Shown here one piece after another: positions 35,760-46,850 of a stretch of 64,000 nucleotides of DNA (position 1 is the first letter of the stretch; each line of letters opens with the position of its first letter). Under the pieces are notes generated by a model that was not told where the DNA came from, made no database searches, and saw only the letters and a program-made list of their open reading frames with translations. The stretch comes from an uncultured virus (IMG/VR IMGVR_UViG_3300030372_003518) (taxonomy: Duplodnaviria; Heunggongvirae; Uroviricota; Caudoviricetes). The stretch lies in IMG/VR virus record IMGVR_UViG_3300030372_003518, one strand, 5' to 3'. The position numbers and the translations under genes are program-made.

Positions 35760-37043
35760 TTATTTTATTTTATAATGGACATAAAAGTTTCTAAAGAATG
35801 TACCACCAAAAGGCTCTTCTCTACCGTGTTCACATAGAGCTGATTCATATAAAATCATATCTCCTGGTTGAGCATAAACTTTATACCACTCTCCATCATG
35901 ACCTTGTATATCTAGTGGCCAATCATCAGACTCAGGCTTGTCTTTACAACCACAAGCTAAGTTTTTATCTACTATAATTATAGAGCTAATATGATGAGTT
36001 TCTACTCTATCGTAATGTTTTTCAAGAGTAGCTCCTTTTTTATAGGACCTTATACCATATATAAACGAAGGCTCTATATTACCATTATCAATCCATTGCT
36101 GATGCACAGGTAGTAACTGATTGTGTATTAAAGTTCTAATAGAGGGCAACGCATCAAAAGATAGAATTTCCGTCTCTCCCCCTTTTATAATATCTTCTTT
36201 ACCAACAAACTCTTCATTAACAGCTCTATCTTTTAACAGCTGATATGAGTCATTAATTATATTCCAAGTTTCATCAGGACATTTTTGTAATGAAAAACCA
36301 AGCTCTGTAAGCTTAGGTATTTGGTCTTTAGATGTAAAAACTTTTGGTGTATCTGTTTTAGTTGTAACCGGTTCTTTACGTTGTAATTCAGAGGCTTTAA
36401 CAAAATAGGATTTACTTGCAGCCTTATCTTTGACTACCTCTTTAGGTTTTTCTTCTATAGAATCATAATACATTTTTTCGTCTCCCGCTCCATCCCAACT
36501 TCTTTCTCTCCACCAAGAAGTAATAATATATTTCTTACCCTCTTCTACCGTAACACCTTCGTGCAAATATTGGTCTTGTATTTGCCCATCTTTCATGTTG
36601 TACCACCATAAAGCTTTCCCGGTTGCAGGTTCAATGGTTTTGTTTAAAGTGGGAAAATATGTTCCTCCACCTTTAAAATCTTCATTCAAATAAATCATTA
36701 ATGTATGAGTTCTATTACCAGAAGCCTTACAGTGCATATCATAGGCAGGCCCACTAAAAAAATCATTGTGCGGTTTAAAGTATTGACCAGGCTCATATAA
36801 TTGTCCTTGTATAGCTTCACCTTTTTCAAGTTCTAAACCTAGGGTTTTTGAAATTTTACTTTTAATATTAGACATCAGTGTAGTGTTCATGTCTAAATTA
36901 GATGTGCTAGATGTTCTGTGTTCAGTAACATCGGTTCTATCAGTTCCGCCTACCACCACAGAAGAACGACTGTGATTAGCGTCAATAATGTTAATTAATT
37001 CTTGACACTCTTCGGGTGTTAAATAATTATGTATTTCTTCCAT
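35760..37043 (-). CDS. prolyl 4-hydroxylase plus a second 2OG-Fe(II) dioxygenase domain
   Basis: IHNYLTPEEC, RTSS, YEPGQYFKPHND, RTHTLMIYLN, GGGTYFP, LHEG...GKKY; second HxD...H set (KHYD...EHGR). Confidence 0.9.
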   Translation of the reverse strand: MEEIHNYLTPEECQELINIIDANHSRSSVVVGGTDRTDVTEHRTSSTSNLDMNTTLMSNIKSKISKTLGLELEKGEAIQGQLYEPGQYFKPHNDFFSGPAYDMHCKASGNRTHTLMIYLNEDFKGGGTYFPTLNKTIEPATGKALWWYNMKDGQIQDQYLHEGVTVEEGKKYIITSWWRERSWDGAGDEKMYYDSIEEKPKEVVKDKAASKSYFVKASELQRKEPVTTKTDTPKVFTSKDQIPKLTELGFSLQKCPDETWNIINDSYQLLKDRAVNEEFVGKEDIIKGGETEILSFDALPSIRTLIHNQLLPVHQQWIDNGNIEPSFIYGIRSYKKGATLEKHYDRVETHHISSIIIVDKNLACGCKDKPESDDWPLDIQGHDGEWYKVYAQPGDMILYESALCEHGREEPFGGTFFRNFYVHYKIK

Positions 37044-37096
37044 TTGATTAAATTAAATTTAAATAAAGTTATGAATAAAAAATTGAATGTCAAACT

Positions 37097-39769
37097 TTAT
37101 GGACACGATGTGGTCGTACAAAGAACTGTAAATGATGAACCGTTCCATTCTCTGTAGAAAGACCCTGTGTTATACACTCCAGATATTGCTCCTCTTGTAC
37201 AAGCACTATCCCTATATAAAGCAGTAGCTGAACAGAAGTCAGTAGTGTTCATATAAAATTCTTGGTAATTGCTACACGTAATGCTTGATACACTTGAAAC
37301 AAACTCTAAGTCTATTGGGTTACATGATGCGCTAGGCGCAGGAGTCGGAACAGGACTTGGAGTCGGGCTAGGACTTGGAGTCGGGCTAGGACTTGGAGAT
37401 GGGCTAGGTGTGGTTGCCTCACATGCACTACAGTCTTCGTGGAATGAATCTGGTACATTTGAATTTACTGAACCTGGAGCATCTTGAACTTCGTAACAGT
37501 ATCCATCGTCCATTTTTACTGAGCTCCCTGCTGATAAAATTGAAGAGGAAGCTATTTCGCTATATGTCCCTGCGCTTCCATCACATCTGTTTACTAAATA
37601 ATAGTATGTTGACACTGTTGGTACTGGCACTGGACTAGGAGTCGGGCTAGGCGCAGGAGTCGGTGTTGGACTAGGTGTTGGACTAGGCGCAGGAGTCGGT
37701 GTTGGACTTGGAGCACATCCTCCACAAGAACCATAATTTGCTAGAGTGGTAACGCTACAATCTGACGCTGTTCCTACAGCTAAAATTTCCCAACATTTAG
37801 TTCCATTAAATCCGCTTCCACATGAACCTCCTCCTCCTCCACTAATTTGAAGTGATGTTCCAACTGCACTAGAACCATAAGTTCCAGTAACAGTTACATA
37901 AGCTGAAGATGAGCTTGGGTCGGCACAATCTCTAATCTGAATATTAGTCGTAGGTGTAGGGGTTGGTGAAGGTGTAGGTGCAGGTGTTGGTACTGGACAC
38001 GGTAATTTTGCGTTAACAGTTCCACTAGCGTTAATAAATAACACATAATCTGGAGTGCTTTGTCCTAGAACGTTTGAAACACCATACCATAATGAAGCGC
38101 CATTAAATATAGTTGACTCTGATGAGTTTGCATACATTGTATCTCCCACTTGAATTAGTCCCACATTCGCTCTACTTGTAAATATGTAATCTGGAGTGGT
38201 TAATGCACACGACTGGAAATCTTGACCAGTACCACTTCCAGCAAACGCTGTACTAAATGTAGTTGGACTTTCACAATCAAAACAATTAACATGACTAGTT
38301 AAACTTTCTATATCTACAGTAGAAGTTGCAGTTGTGGTTGCAGTATAATTAAAACATAAATTATTTCCGCTTCCATTATACTCTACTACATTAGGCCAGC
38401 TTGAGGTAGTAGTAAGTTTTCTAAATACTTGAGTTGTATTAGTGTAACACTCAGTATAAGTTGCATAATCATAAGTTGGTGTAGCACCACACGCTGTACA
38501 ACTACTGTAAACAGAATTTAAAGTAACTGACGAGTCATATAAAGATGCTGCATCATCAATAATTTCCCAACAATCTGTATTTGTAAACTCAGGGTTTACT
38601 CCGCCGGCAGCTCCAGTTATTTGTATCACATTACCATTTTGTAATGTTGTTGGTGAACTTAATCCAGTTACTCTTATTTTGTACGTTGGTGTAGTTGTAA
38701 AACACTGTCTTATTTCCACATCTTGTGTAAACACAGGAGCTGGTGTTGGAGATGGTGTAGGAGTAGCCATACAATCTACAATTGAATCAACAACTCCAAG
38801 TGAACTTATTAATAATGCATATCCACTATCTAAGTTTGGATAATGACCATTTACATTTGTTACACCATACCATTTAAGACCCCCGTTCCAAATATTAGTC
38901 AGACCAGAGTTTGTATATATTATATCATTTACTTGTATCGAAGCCACATTCGCTCTTGATGTATACATGCTGTTGGTAGCTTGAAGTGGACAAGCAATAC
39001 TTGAAGCGCTTTGTCCGTTTCCTACAGTATTAGTAGAAAATATTTCTGTTCCACTTACCGCAGGTGTTGGGCTAGGTGTTGGGCTAGGTGTTGGGCTTGG
39101 ACTCGGAGTTGTAGCCTCACAAGTAGCACAATCAACGTAAGTGTCCACTATATCATTAGTGCTTGTTGAGCCTGTGGTTGAAGGGTTTTCATAACACAAG
39201 TTGCTATCCTTAACAACTGCTGGGAAAGAACTGCCCGAAACTTTTCTAAATACTTTAGTTACAGCAGTTCCACAAACTGTATATTCTCTATAATCATAAG
39301 TTACAGTTGGAACAGGTGTTGGACTAGGGCTAGGGGTTGGACTAGGGCTAGGGATTGGAGCAGGTGAAGTACCACACGCTGTACAATCTGAATAACTAAC
39401 TAGACCATTAACATTTATAGTAGATGTTGAACCAGTAGCCTGTGGGTTGTGATAACAAATACTATTATAAGACACTGTTGCTGGAAAACTTCCCCCTGAA
39501 ACAATTCTAAATACTTCATCACTCGCTATACCATCACACGCTGTATATACTCTATAATCATAAACAATAGGAGTAGGCGTAGGAGTAGGTGTCCCACAAT
39601 TAGGGCAATCCTCTTCAGCAAATAACACTCCAGAAGCTTGCTGCCTCACAATTGATTCATCTGAATACCATCCGTCAGGAGCAAATGTAGATAGCGCTGC
39701 ATCTAAATAAAGAGCGGTAGCAGTTGAAAAACTTGCTGAGCTATAATAATATGTTCCTGTTGTTGCCAT
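37097..39769 (-). CDS. Pro-Ser/Thr-repeat, Cys-rich virion decoration/fibre protein
   Basis: Repeated CxxC modules linked by (PS/PT)n tracts. Confidence 0.7.
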   Translation of the reverse strand: MATTGTYYYSSASFSTATALYLDAALSTFAPDGWYSDESIVRQQASGVLFAEEDCPNCGTPTPTPTPIVYDYRVYTACDGIASDEVFRIVSGGSFPATVSYNSICYHNPQATGSTSTINVNGLVSYSDCTACGTSPAPIPSPSPTPSPSPTPVPTVTYDYREYTVCGTAVTKVFRKVSGSSFPAVVKDSNLCYENPSTTGSTSTNDIVDTYVDCATCEATTPSPSPTPSPTPSPTPAVSGTEIFSTNTVGNGQSASSIACPLQATNSMYTSRANVASIQVNDIIYTNSGLTNIWNGGLKWYGVTNVNGHYPNLDSGYALLISSLGVVDSIVDCMATPTPSPTPAPVFTQDVEIRQCFTTTPTYKIRVTGLSSPTTLQNGNVIQITGAAGGVNPEFTNTDCWEIIDDAASLYDSSVTLNSVYSSCTACGATPTYDYATYTECYTNTTQVFRKLTTTSSWPNVVEYNGSGNNLCFNYTATTTATSTVDIESLTSHVNCFDCESPTTFSTAFAGSGTGQDFQSCALTTPDYIFTSRANVGLIQVGDTMYANSSESTIFNGASLWYGVSNVLGQSTPDYVLFINASGTVNAKLPCPVPTPAPTPSPTPTPTTNIQIRDCADPSSSSAYVTVTGTYGSSAVGTSLQISGGGGGSCGSGFNGTKCWEILAVGTASDCSVTTLANYGSCGGCAPSPTPTPAPSPTPSPTPTPAPSPTPSPVPVPTVSTYYYLVNRCDGSAGTYSEIASSSILSAGSSVKMDDGYCYEVQDAPGSVNSNVPDSFHEDCSACEATTPSPSPSPSPTPSPSPTPSPVPTPAPSASCNPIDLEFVSSVSSITCSNYQEFYMNTTDFCSATALYRDSACTRGAISGVYNTGSFYREWNGSSFTVLCTTTSCP

Positions 39770-39794
39770 TTACAATTTTACAAAGTTAATTAAT

Positions 39795-42700
39795 TTAAGG
39801 TATTGCACATCGTGAATCTCCACATCCTGATACTAGAACTGTTACTTCTCCATTTTGCCCACTTCCCCCTACATCATATAATGATGCACATCCAGTTGTT
39901 GTACCAAATCTATACTGAACCTCGTCCCCTACAACAATACCTAATGACACATCCGCTTTTAAATAAACTGCTTGCAAACTTACACAATCAGTACCTAAAT
40001 AATAGTTATATGTAGGTGTTGGCACTGGTGTTGGCGCAGGTGTAGGAGCAGGTGTTGGCGCTGGTGTAAACGTACAGTTACAACAGGCATCAAATATGCT
40101 AGCAGACGAATAACAAAGTTGTTGTCCTAACGCATTTCTTAAATCATATATTAAATATAGTTTACTACCACTTGCAGGTAATCCAAATTGAGCGCTGTAT
40201 AAATCTGGAGCACCAGTTGTATCAATTGGTGTTGCCAATATTGAAGCTGCTAATAAACTATTTATGTCAGTTGAATTGTTTTCAAATAAAGTATCAGTTC
40301 TTAAATACCTAAACTGATTTTCATTAGGGTCAAACTGGAAATTGTCAAAGTTTAACTTGTTGTTTTTCATTGTAATTACCGCACCATCTGGTGGTATTAC
40401 GGCAGAACCTTGAGGGCCTACAAGCTCTCTATATTGTGAAACAATTGGTTCACTTGCACTGGTTAAAAATGTAACCAAGTCGGATTGTGTTGGAGATGTT
40501 ATAGATGAGTCTGACCAACTAAATTCGGTGTGAGTAAATTGGCCGGCATTTGAATTATTTGTTAGAGTAATACTGTATACATTAAACAATTCTTCTTCAG
40601 GACATTGAACCGTAACCTGTATTGTATCGTTTACAACCGCATCAGTAGTAACAATTAAAACCACTTCAGTTGGCGTTGGATTTGGTTTTGGAAACTTTAG
40701 AGTTCCACTTTGGTAAACTAATCCTGTTGTATATGTAACCCCATCATATATAGCTTGTATTGTGTATCCAGTTCCAGAAGCCTGTCCTTCTGTTTCAATA
40801 TCTACCCCACCCTCAGTTACAATTTGCTGTTCTGTTCCTTCAGTTACTATTAAATCTGTATTTTCAAAAGGTATTACATAATCTATTTCTACATAATAAA
40901 GGTTAGAGGGAGGCCCTACATCTTCACCTATATTCACACAATAAACAAATTCTTCGCCTGCAACTACGGTAATGTTTTTAGTTACACCACACCCTGTACA
41001 GAGTTCTGTCTCTGGCTTTATTATGGTGTTAGTTGAAAAAACATATTCTTGCATGTATGGGTCATAACCCCCCAGCTTTTGAGTAGGCGAGGCTTCAGCA
41101 AATAAATCTCTAAACCAACTACGCATTCCCTCGTTAGATATTACAGTAAGAACTTCATTTTGAGCTGACGACCCCGTTAGTTTTATAACTACATTTCTTT
41201 TGGCATCAGTAAAATATTTGTTTTCGCCAAATTCTGCAAAACTTTCAGGGTGATTACTTATACCATAATCTTCTATACGAGCTATTTGTGTTCCTAAAAC
41301 TTCTGGAACAGATGTTATAACTCCTCCTCCTGTTGAATCGGAAAGTAAGTTTTTACCCGCAAGTACGTAAGAAATCTTATCTTCTTGTAAAACAAGTATA
41401 TCTGTTTCTCTTGCGAATAATATCTCTACATCACCATAAGTTTCTTCAAGAGCTTTAAAGTTTAATAAACCTAAATTAAATTCATTTAATTTATTTACAT
41501 TTGACTCATCATTGTATACACCGCTATATGTTAAATCAGCAAACCTATGCGCTGCTTTATACTCTTCGTTTGATGTTGTAAATATTCTGTTACCTAAAGT
41601 AACTTCTTTACCTTTTATAGAATCTCTTATCTTATTACTTTCAACTCCATTACCAAAAGTATAACAGTTAAAAAATCCTGTATTTACAATAGCTGACTGG
41701 TTTATTAAACCAGTGGTTGAATCTGCACTTTGATTTTGAACGTTACCTAAATGTAAATCTCCATTTATATCAAATGATTCACTGTTCTCATACCATACAT
41801 CTGCAAGCGCATCTTCTGGTTCAGTTTCAAATACAAACGTAGAGTCAGCTCTATAAACTGTAAAGTTTACTTCTACCCTAGATATTCTGTGCGACCTATC
41901 TCCCCCATTGTAACACGAGCTTGAACCTGATACTAATAAATATATTAAATTATTCCCATCAGGGTCTTGCGTACTTGTATCTTCATATAGTCTATAATAA
42001 AAATCATTATTCGGAGTAGATGCTGTAGAGTCAAAATATGAAGCCGACGCTATTTGGCTAGCGTTTAAACTTCCTGTGTATGTAATAGAAGTTGCATAAG
42101 GCGGGCTAGCTTGTGAGTTTACTGTGTTGATATATGTATTTACTATTTGCTCATTTTCCGCAATATCTTCTACACCTTCATTCAACACTTGTGAAACATT
42201 GTCCCCTTGCCACCACTCCGACATATTGGCATAATTACGTGTGGACGTTAATGTTTTAGTTAAAGTATAATTCTTTTTTGTACATGATGGGTCAACATCT
42301 TCAGGAACTCCTTCTCTAGTAAACTGAATACTCATTTGTATTCTAGTTCCTGCCGGAACATCATAAACATTAAATGCAGTAGTTATTCCTGAAGAATTTA
42401 CTCCCGTAAATAATGGATAAGCCACAACAGGATAATCGTCAGTTTGACCTTTAGCTGATGCCTTATAAGGGCCTGTACTTATAATAGCATCAGTCCCAGT
42501 TTCTGCTACAAAATTTGATGCGTTAATTTTCATATACGTACCACCAAAGACCTCTACCTCAGCACCAGCAGCATCATAAATTTTTATAAATCCAGAAGAC
42601 TGATTTTCTTTTTCTAAAACAGTAGCATATATACACGAATTTTTAACACCTGTTGAATCTGCTTTTACAATTAATCTATCACCTGCTTCTACTTTTGCAG

Positions 42701-44795
42701 CATTCTCACCATCTAATAAAAAGTAACTAGAGTTTGTGCCTGACTCGCTATAAACTATATTACTATAAATAGTTTGATAATTTGCAGCAGTTGGTTTTAT
42801 TACAAACTTATATTTTGTTGCCCAAGTAGGTGCGTATTGAGTGTTAGGTATTTCTACTTGGATATAGTTTCTTTTGTTGGAGACACCACAAGGGAGATTG
42901 ACTGCATTAAGTGGGCTTACCTGAGCGGTAGAAGCTCTATTAAAATCATCCATGTAAACCATCCCAATTTCATAACCTCTATTACTATGTAAACTTTCAA
43001 TAGTTGGTGAAGTCTGAGCGGTCACAGTAGCGCTTGAATATCTAAAATATGCAATCATTGGGTGTACACCAGATACACTATAAGTTGCAGCGTTTAATTG
43101 TATTTGAATTTTTTTAGAAGATGGCCCGTCTATCCTAAGACCCAATTCTTCTCCTTTAGCAGGAGTTAAAGCAGTAGCAGAGGTTCTTCCTGTTTGGACT
43201 AAGGTGTTATAGTTAACATCAAAAGATGCAGGTATAGTTCTGTTAAACAAATCGGTTAGTGTGTTCCCGTTTCCAGCATTAGCTACAGTTTGTATTGTTG
43301 TAGCTGTTCCTATTTTTTCTACAAAATCTGTATCAGTTGCTAAATCATATACTGTTTGATAAGTTTTAAGCAGCGTGTAGCTCCAAGTTAAATATAATAT
43401 ATCATTAAAAGGAACAGCAGCTGGCCCTGTAGAAATATGGTCTGCTGCATAAGCAATACCAAATGAAAATGTTAGGGTAGTGCCTGCTACTAATTGAGAA
43501 GGAATTTGTTGTCCCGTGACCGGGCTTACTCTTGCTTCTAATAAAGATAAATCAAAAGTTAGCTCACTATCATCTACATTTTGAGTATGACCAGTTGCCG
43601 GTGTAAAATCTATTGTATATGTTGGACCTAAAGTAAAACCATCTGGTAATGTTGTATAGTTTATATCTTCAGATTTTAATGTAGATAAAAAAGTAAAATC
43701 TACTTTTCCTCTTGAAGACACTAAGTCGTATCCTTCAGTGTAATTTCCATAAACTAATCTATTGCCCATTAAAGTTTGTGCTTTAGCAAGCTGTGGAACA
43801 TTATCAAAAGTTCTTAATATTTCCGAGCTAGGTAATACAGTAAATATTTTACGCTCAGTAAAAGCTATAGTTCTACTTTGATTGTCTGTAAATCCTAATT
43901 GTTTTTTATTAAATGTTTCTACAATTTTTATAGAACTAGAATCGGCTTCTTTAAATACTATTTGAATATCGGTAACTTTTGAACTACCTGTGTCGAAAGT
44001 TATATTACAAGCATTTAAAGTATTTACCATACCTTCATTAAGATAGCTATTTGAGCTAAAATCAAATTGTCCAGGCTGAAAAGAAGGTTCAGAAAATTGT
44101 GATATTGCTGAATACTCATTGTTTTCATATTTATATCTATATGCAAAACAAATAAATTTGTCTTCTAAAAATGTATCTACTTTACCCGTAACATTAAATG
44201 GTTGGATGGTAGGAGCACTAGTGGGAGGTTTTTTAATAACTAATATATCGTCCTGATTGAAACCATCCGTTAATAAACCGGGTTGTGGGTCGCCATAATT
44301 TTGGTTTATATTAATTACCCTAGGCGGATTGTAGTTATCTGTAAAAAATAATAAATTATCTATTTTGTCTACACCTGTTATCAGGTATAAAGGGTTAAAA
44401 TTAAGTGTAGTGTTAATGCCATTTCCATCATCAATACTAATGATATGATAAATTAATTGTCCCGTTTCTACATCATAAGAAATAATTAAATCTAATTTAC
44501 CAGTTGCTCCTTGAGTAAATGCAGGGTCATGAACAAACCAATAAATAACTAAATTAGCTCCATCTTCAAATGCTCCAATACATCTTGCTTGAGAACTTAA
44601 TTTTGTACCATCTACATACTGTATCTCGGTTAACGGTATATTCCCTTTAGAATTTTCAACAGCTCCTATTTCGGACTCTTCTGTTGAACCAAGCCTTACA
44701 TTAACAGCATTTACATATTCTCCGTTTGGAACAAGCCTTTCATCTAGGCTTTTGTTCATACGGCCAGCTATAAAATTTCTTTGAATGTTTGCCAT
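39795..44795 (-). CDS. tail stabilisation (muzzle) protein, N-terminal and major part
   Basis: FIAGRMNKSLDERLVPNGEY...GAVEN; FAYRYKY..NEYS; GNGVESNKIRD; YGISNHPESFA; C-terminal PAPT repeat. Confidence 0.75.
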   Translation of the reverse strand: MANIQRNFIAGRMNKSLDERLVPNGEYVNAVNVRLGSTEESEIGAVENSKGNIPLTEIQYVDGTKLSSQARCIGAFEDGANLVIYWFVHDPAFTQGATGKLDLIISYDVETGQLIYHIISIDDGNGINTTLNFNPLYLITGVDKIDNLLFFTDNYNPPRVININQNYGDPQPGLLTDGFNQDDILVIKKPPTSAPTIQPFNVTGKVDTFLEDKFICFAYRYKYENNEYSAISQFSEPSFQPGQFDFSSNSYLNEGMVNTLNACNITFDTGSSKVTDIQIVFKEADSSSIKIVETFNKKQLGFTDNQSRTIAFTERKIFTVLPSSEILRTFDNVPQLAKAQTLMGNRLVYGNYTEGYDLVSSRGKVDFTFLSTLKSEDINYTTLPDGFTLGPTYTIDFTPATGHTQNVDDSELTFDLSLLEARVSPVTGQQIPSQLVAGTTLTFSFGIAYAADHISTGPAAVPFNDILYLTWSYTLLKTYQTVYDLATDTDFVEKIGTATTIQTVANAGNGNTLTDLFNRTIPASFDVNYNTLVQTGRTSATALTPAKGEELGLRIDGPSSKKIQIQLNAATYSVSGVHPMIAYFRYSSATVTAQTSPTIESLHSNRGYEIGMVYMDDFNRASTAQVSPLNAVNLPCGVSNKRNYIQVEIPNTQYAPTWATKYKFVIKPTAANYQTIYSNIVYSESGTNSSYFLLDGENAAKVEAGDRLIVKADSTGVKNSCIYATVLEKENQSSGFIKIYDAAGAEVEVFGGTYMKINASNFVAETGTDAIISTGPYKASAKGQTDDYPVVAYPLFTGVNSSGITTAFNVYDVPAGTRIQMSIQFTREGVPEDVDPSCTKKNYTLTKTLTSTRNYANMSEWWQGDNVSQVLNEGVEDIAENEQIVNTYINTVNSQASPPYATSITYTGSLNASQIASASYFDSTASTPNNDFYYRLYEDTSTQDPDGNNLIYLLVSGSSSCYNGGDRSHRISRVEVNFTVYRADSTFVFETEPEDALADVWYENSESFDINGDLHLGNVQNQSADSTTGLINQSAIVNTGFFNCYTFGNGVESNKIRDSIKGKEVTLGNRIFTTSNEEYKAAHRFADLTYSGVYNDESNVNKLNEFNLGLLNFKALEETYGDVEILFARETDILVLQEDKISYVLAGKNLLSDSTGGGVITSVPEVLGTQIARIEDYGISNHPESFAEFGENKYFTDAKRNVVIKLTGSSAQNEVLTVISNEGMRSWFRDLFAEASPTQKLGGYDPYMQEYVFSTNTIIKPETELCTGCGVTKNITVVAGEEFVYCVNIGEDVGPPSNLYYVEIDYVIPFENTDLIVTEGTEQQIVTEGGVDIETEGQASGTGYTIQAIYDGVTYTTGLVYQSGTLKFPKPNPTPTEVVLIVTTDAVVNDTIQVTVQCPEEELFNVYSITLTNNSNAGQFTHTEFSWSDSSITSPTQSDLVTFLTSASEPIVSQYRELVGPQGSAVIPPDGAVITMKNNKLNFDNFQFDPNENQFRYLRTDTLFENNSTDINSLLAASILATPIDTTGAPDLYSAQFGLPASGSKLYLIYDLRNALGQQLCYSSASIFDACCNCTFTPAPTPAPTPAPTPVPTPTYNYYLGTDCVSLQAVYLKADVSLGIVVGDEVQYRFGTTTGCASLYDVGGSGQNGEVTVLVSGCGDSRCAIP

Positions 44796-44796
44796 T

Positions 44797-45711
44797 TTAT
44801 TTTAACCACTTATTCTCACCTCTCAAGTTCATTAATAATCTGCTTGGGTGAATATTACTTAACCTTATTTTTGCGTTTCTTAATAAAGCTTGCTTATCTT
44901 TTTTTGCTCTATTAACTATATATTCCTGAACTCCAAATCTTCCATTTAAGATGGCGTACTTAATATATGCGTAAATGTATTCCTCAAAAAGCTTGTTTAA
45001 AGTAATGCTGCTATTATCTCCATTTTCCATTCCATCTGAAATATACTGAAGCACACAATCTTGATTAGCCATAGTAGAGTCAAAATTTATTACCCCCGCT
45101 TTTTTATCAATAGTAAAAGTCGGATTAAAATTAGCTGTTTCTGTATTTAAACCATAACGAGCCCCAATTCTATATAAGTCATTATTACAGTTGATACACT
45201 CAGGATTTACTGTTTGGTCATTTATTTCGTTTAAATATATAGTTTGCAACGACCCATCTTTTCTTTCACTATCTAAATTAGATTCTACTTCTGTAGCGTT
45301 CCCCTCTGAGTCATAAGCAAATGTAGATGTAGCTGATTGAATGAAAGATACCGCTGATTGTACTTGTATGTTTTCTGTTAATTCTCTTAAAACATTATCT
45401 TTAAGTAGATAAAGCTTAACCCAATTTACATAATCAGAAGGTAAAACAAAGCGCAGGTCATCATACACTTTAAGTTCTAAAGCTTTTATTTGCTTAAAAG
45501 CATCGTAGTTAAGCTCTTGAATACCACGTTTAGCGTGAAATAATATTTGATATCTATTGACATTATTAATTAACTCGTGGTTTCCTTCATACATTAATTG
45601 AAAATTTTTAACTATATCCTCTAAACTCACATATTGATAAGAACCCCAATTTGCATCTGTAGGATTTACACCATCGTTTGTATAATATTTTTTTTGATTT
45701 ATATATGCCAT
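44797..45711 (-). CDS. tail ring/connector structural protein
   Basis: HAKRGIQELNYD...LPSDYVNWVK; position in the operon. Confidence 0.6.
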   Translation of the reverse strand: MAYINQKKYYTNDGVNPTDANWGSYQYVSLEDIVKNFQLMYEGNHELINNVNRYQILFHAKRGIQELNYDAFKQIKALELKVYDDLRFVLPSDYVNWVKLYLLKDNVLRELTENIQVQSAVSFIQSATSTFAYDSEGNATEVESNLDSERKDGSLQTIYLNEINDQTVNPECINCNNDLYRIGARYGLNTETANFNPTFTIDKKAGVINFDSTMANQDCVLQYISDGMENGDNSSITLNKLFEEYIYAYIKYAILNGRFGVQEYIVNRAKKDKQALLRNAKIRLSNIHPSRLLMNLRGENKWLK

Positions 45712-45713
45712 AA

Positions 45714-46445
45714 TTAAAGATTAGTTTGATTTTGTTGCTGTTCTTCGGCTTGCCCAAATTGAAATACATCAGGCTCTCTTATAGACACCCCTGCATATTG
45801 TAATATTTTAGCTACTAAATTGTTTGCATCATCTTTCGGAAGCTCAAAGTCTTGATAATCAGCTTGACTCTGGTCAAACAGAGGTTCACCGCCATAAAGA
45901 GTAACATAAGTCCACTTAGGGTCTAAAGGATATCTTATATACTGAGCTTGCACATCATTAATATTACTAAAAGTGTTTGGATATACTGTAATTTCATCAG
46001 CTTCTTGTGTATAAGCTGGAAACGTGGTAGATGGTGAGGTTAACAAGGAGTTATTAAGAAGTGTTATTTTATTATGTGTAACCTTCTCCGCCTCCCCTTT
46101 TAATACTCCTCCTGAAAAACAAAGAACTTTATTTATTAAATAATAATCTGAACCTGTTGTTGCTTCAGAAGGAAGAAAAAAAACATTTTGTGTTTTTTGA
46201 GTTAAAAAAGAAGTAATAGAAAATGTATCAATAACCTCTTCATAGCTGAGCTTTATATCCGCATAACCCGTGCCTGACACACGCATATTCTCTTCATTGA
46301 TTTGCTCATTATATCTTATAAAATATTCATCAAAAATATCAAGCTGTGCTTGTTTTGCAAATAAGTTAAAATCACCAGGAGAGATATACCCATAGTTATT
46401 CTTGTTTATTATAGAAAGAACAGTGTTCCTAACTGAATTTATCAT
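45714..46445 (-). CDS. head-tail connector/ring protein
   Basis: INKNNYGYISP.DFNLFAKQAQLDIF; probable ATG at 46445. Confidence 0.6.
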   Translation of the reverse strand: MINSVRNTVLSIINKNNYGYISPGDFNLFAKQAQLDIFDEYFIRYNEQINEENMRVSGTGYADIKLSYEEVIDTFSITSFLTQKTQNVFFLPSEATTGSDYYLINKVLCFSGGVLKGEAEKVTHNKITLLNNSLLTSPSTTFPAYTQEADEITVYPNTFSNINDVQAQYIRYPLDPKWTYVTLYGGEPLFDQSQADYQDFELPKDDANNLVAKILQYAGVSIREPDVFQFGQAEEQQQNQTNL

Positions 46446-46480
46446 CTTGAAATGTTTTATACAAAGATAATCAAAATAAA

Positions 46481-46505
46481 AAAGCACCCTGAATTAGGGC
46501 GCTTT
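46481..46505 (-). terminator. intrinsic terminator
   Basis: AAAGCACCCT/AGGGCGCTTT hairpin with a U-run on the minus strand. Confidence 0.6.
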
Positions 46506-46534
46506 CCTGTCGATAGTAAAGGAAGGATATTTCT

Positions 46535-46816
46535 TTATGCGACTGCAATTCCACTTACAGCATAAGGTAGGTTGTCTACATCATACGCTGGGTTTGTCCA
46601 AGAAGTAGTTAAAGCTGCTACAACTGCGGATTCAATAGTGTCTCTTTGCGTTTCATCTCCCGCACCTGCTGTTGCGTGAGTAACAGTGGTTACTTGACCA
46701 CCTCTATATGTAATTGTTACTGTAGTAGTAGATGCTTGCTCTATTAATACAATTCCGGTAATCGCTACCAATTGGTATTGCTCTCCGGTTACTGGGATAT
46801 TTAAAAATTTTTGCAT
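46535..46816 (-). CDS. small structural protein
   Basis: Thr/Ala-rich 93 aa with its own promoter element. Confidence 0.6.
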   Translation of the reverse strand: MQKFLNIPVTGEQYQLVAITGIVLIEQASTTTVTITYRGGQVTTVTHATAGAGDETQRDTIESAVVAALTTSWTNPAYDVDNLPYAVSGIAVA

Positions 46817-46850
46817 TGTAAAAAAATTAATAGTTAAACTTATCGCAAAG

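Noticed and set aside
37330..40070. Tandem DNA repeats (GGACTAGG/GGAGTCGG) as VNTR or DGR elements
   Set aside because: They encode Pro-Ser/Thr linkers with synonymous variation; no reverse transcriptase or TR/VR pair is seen
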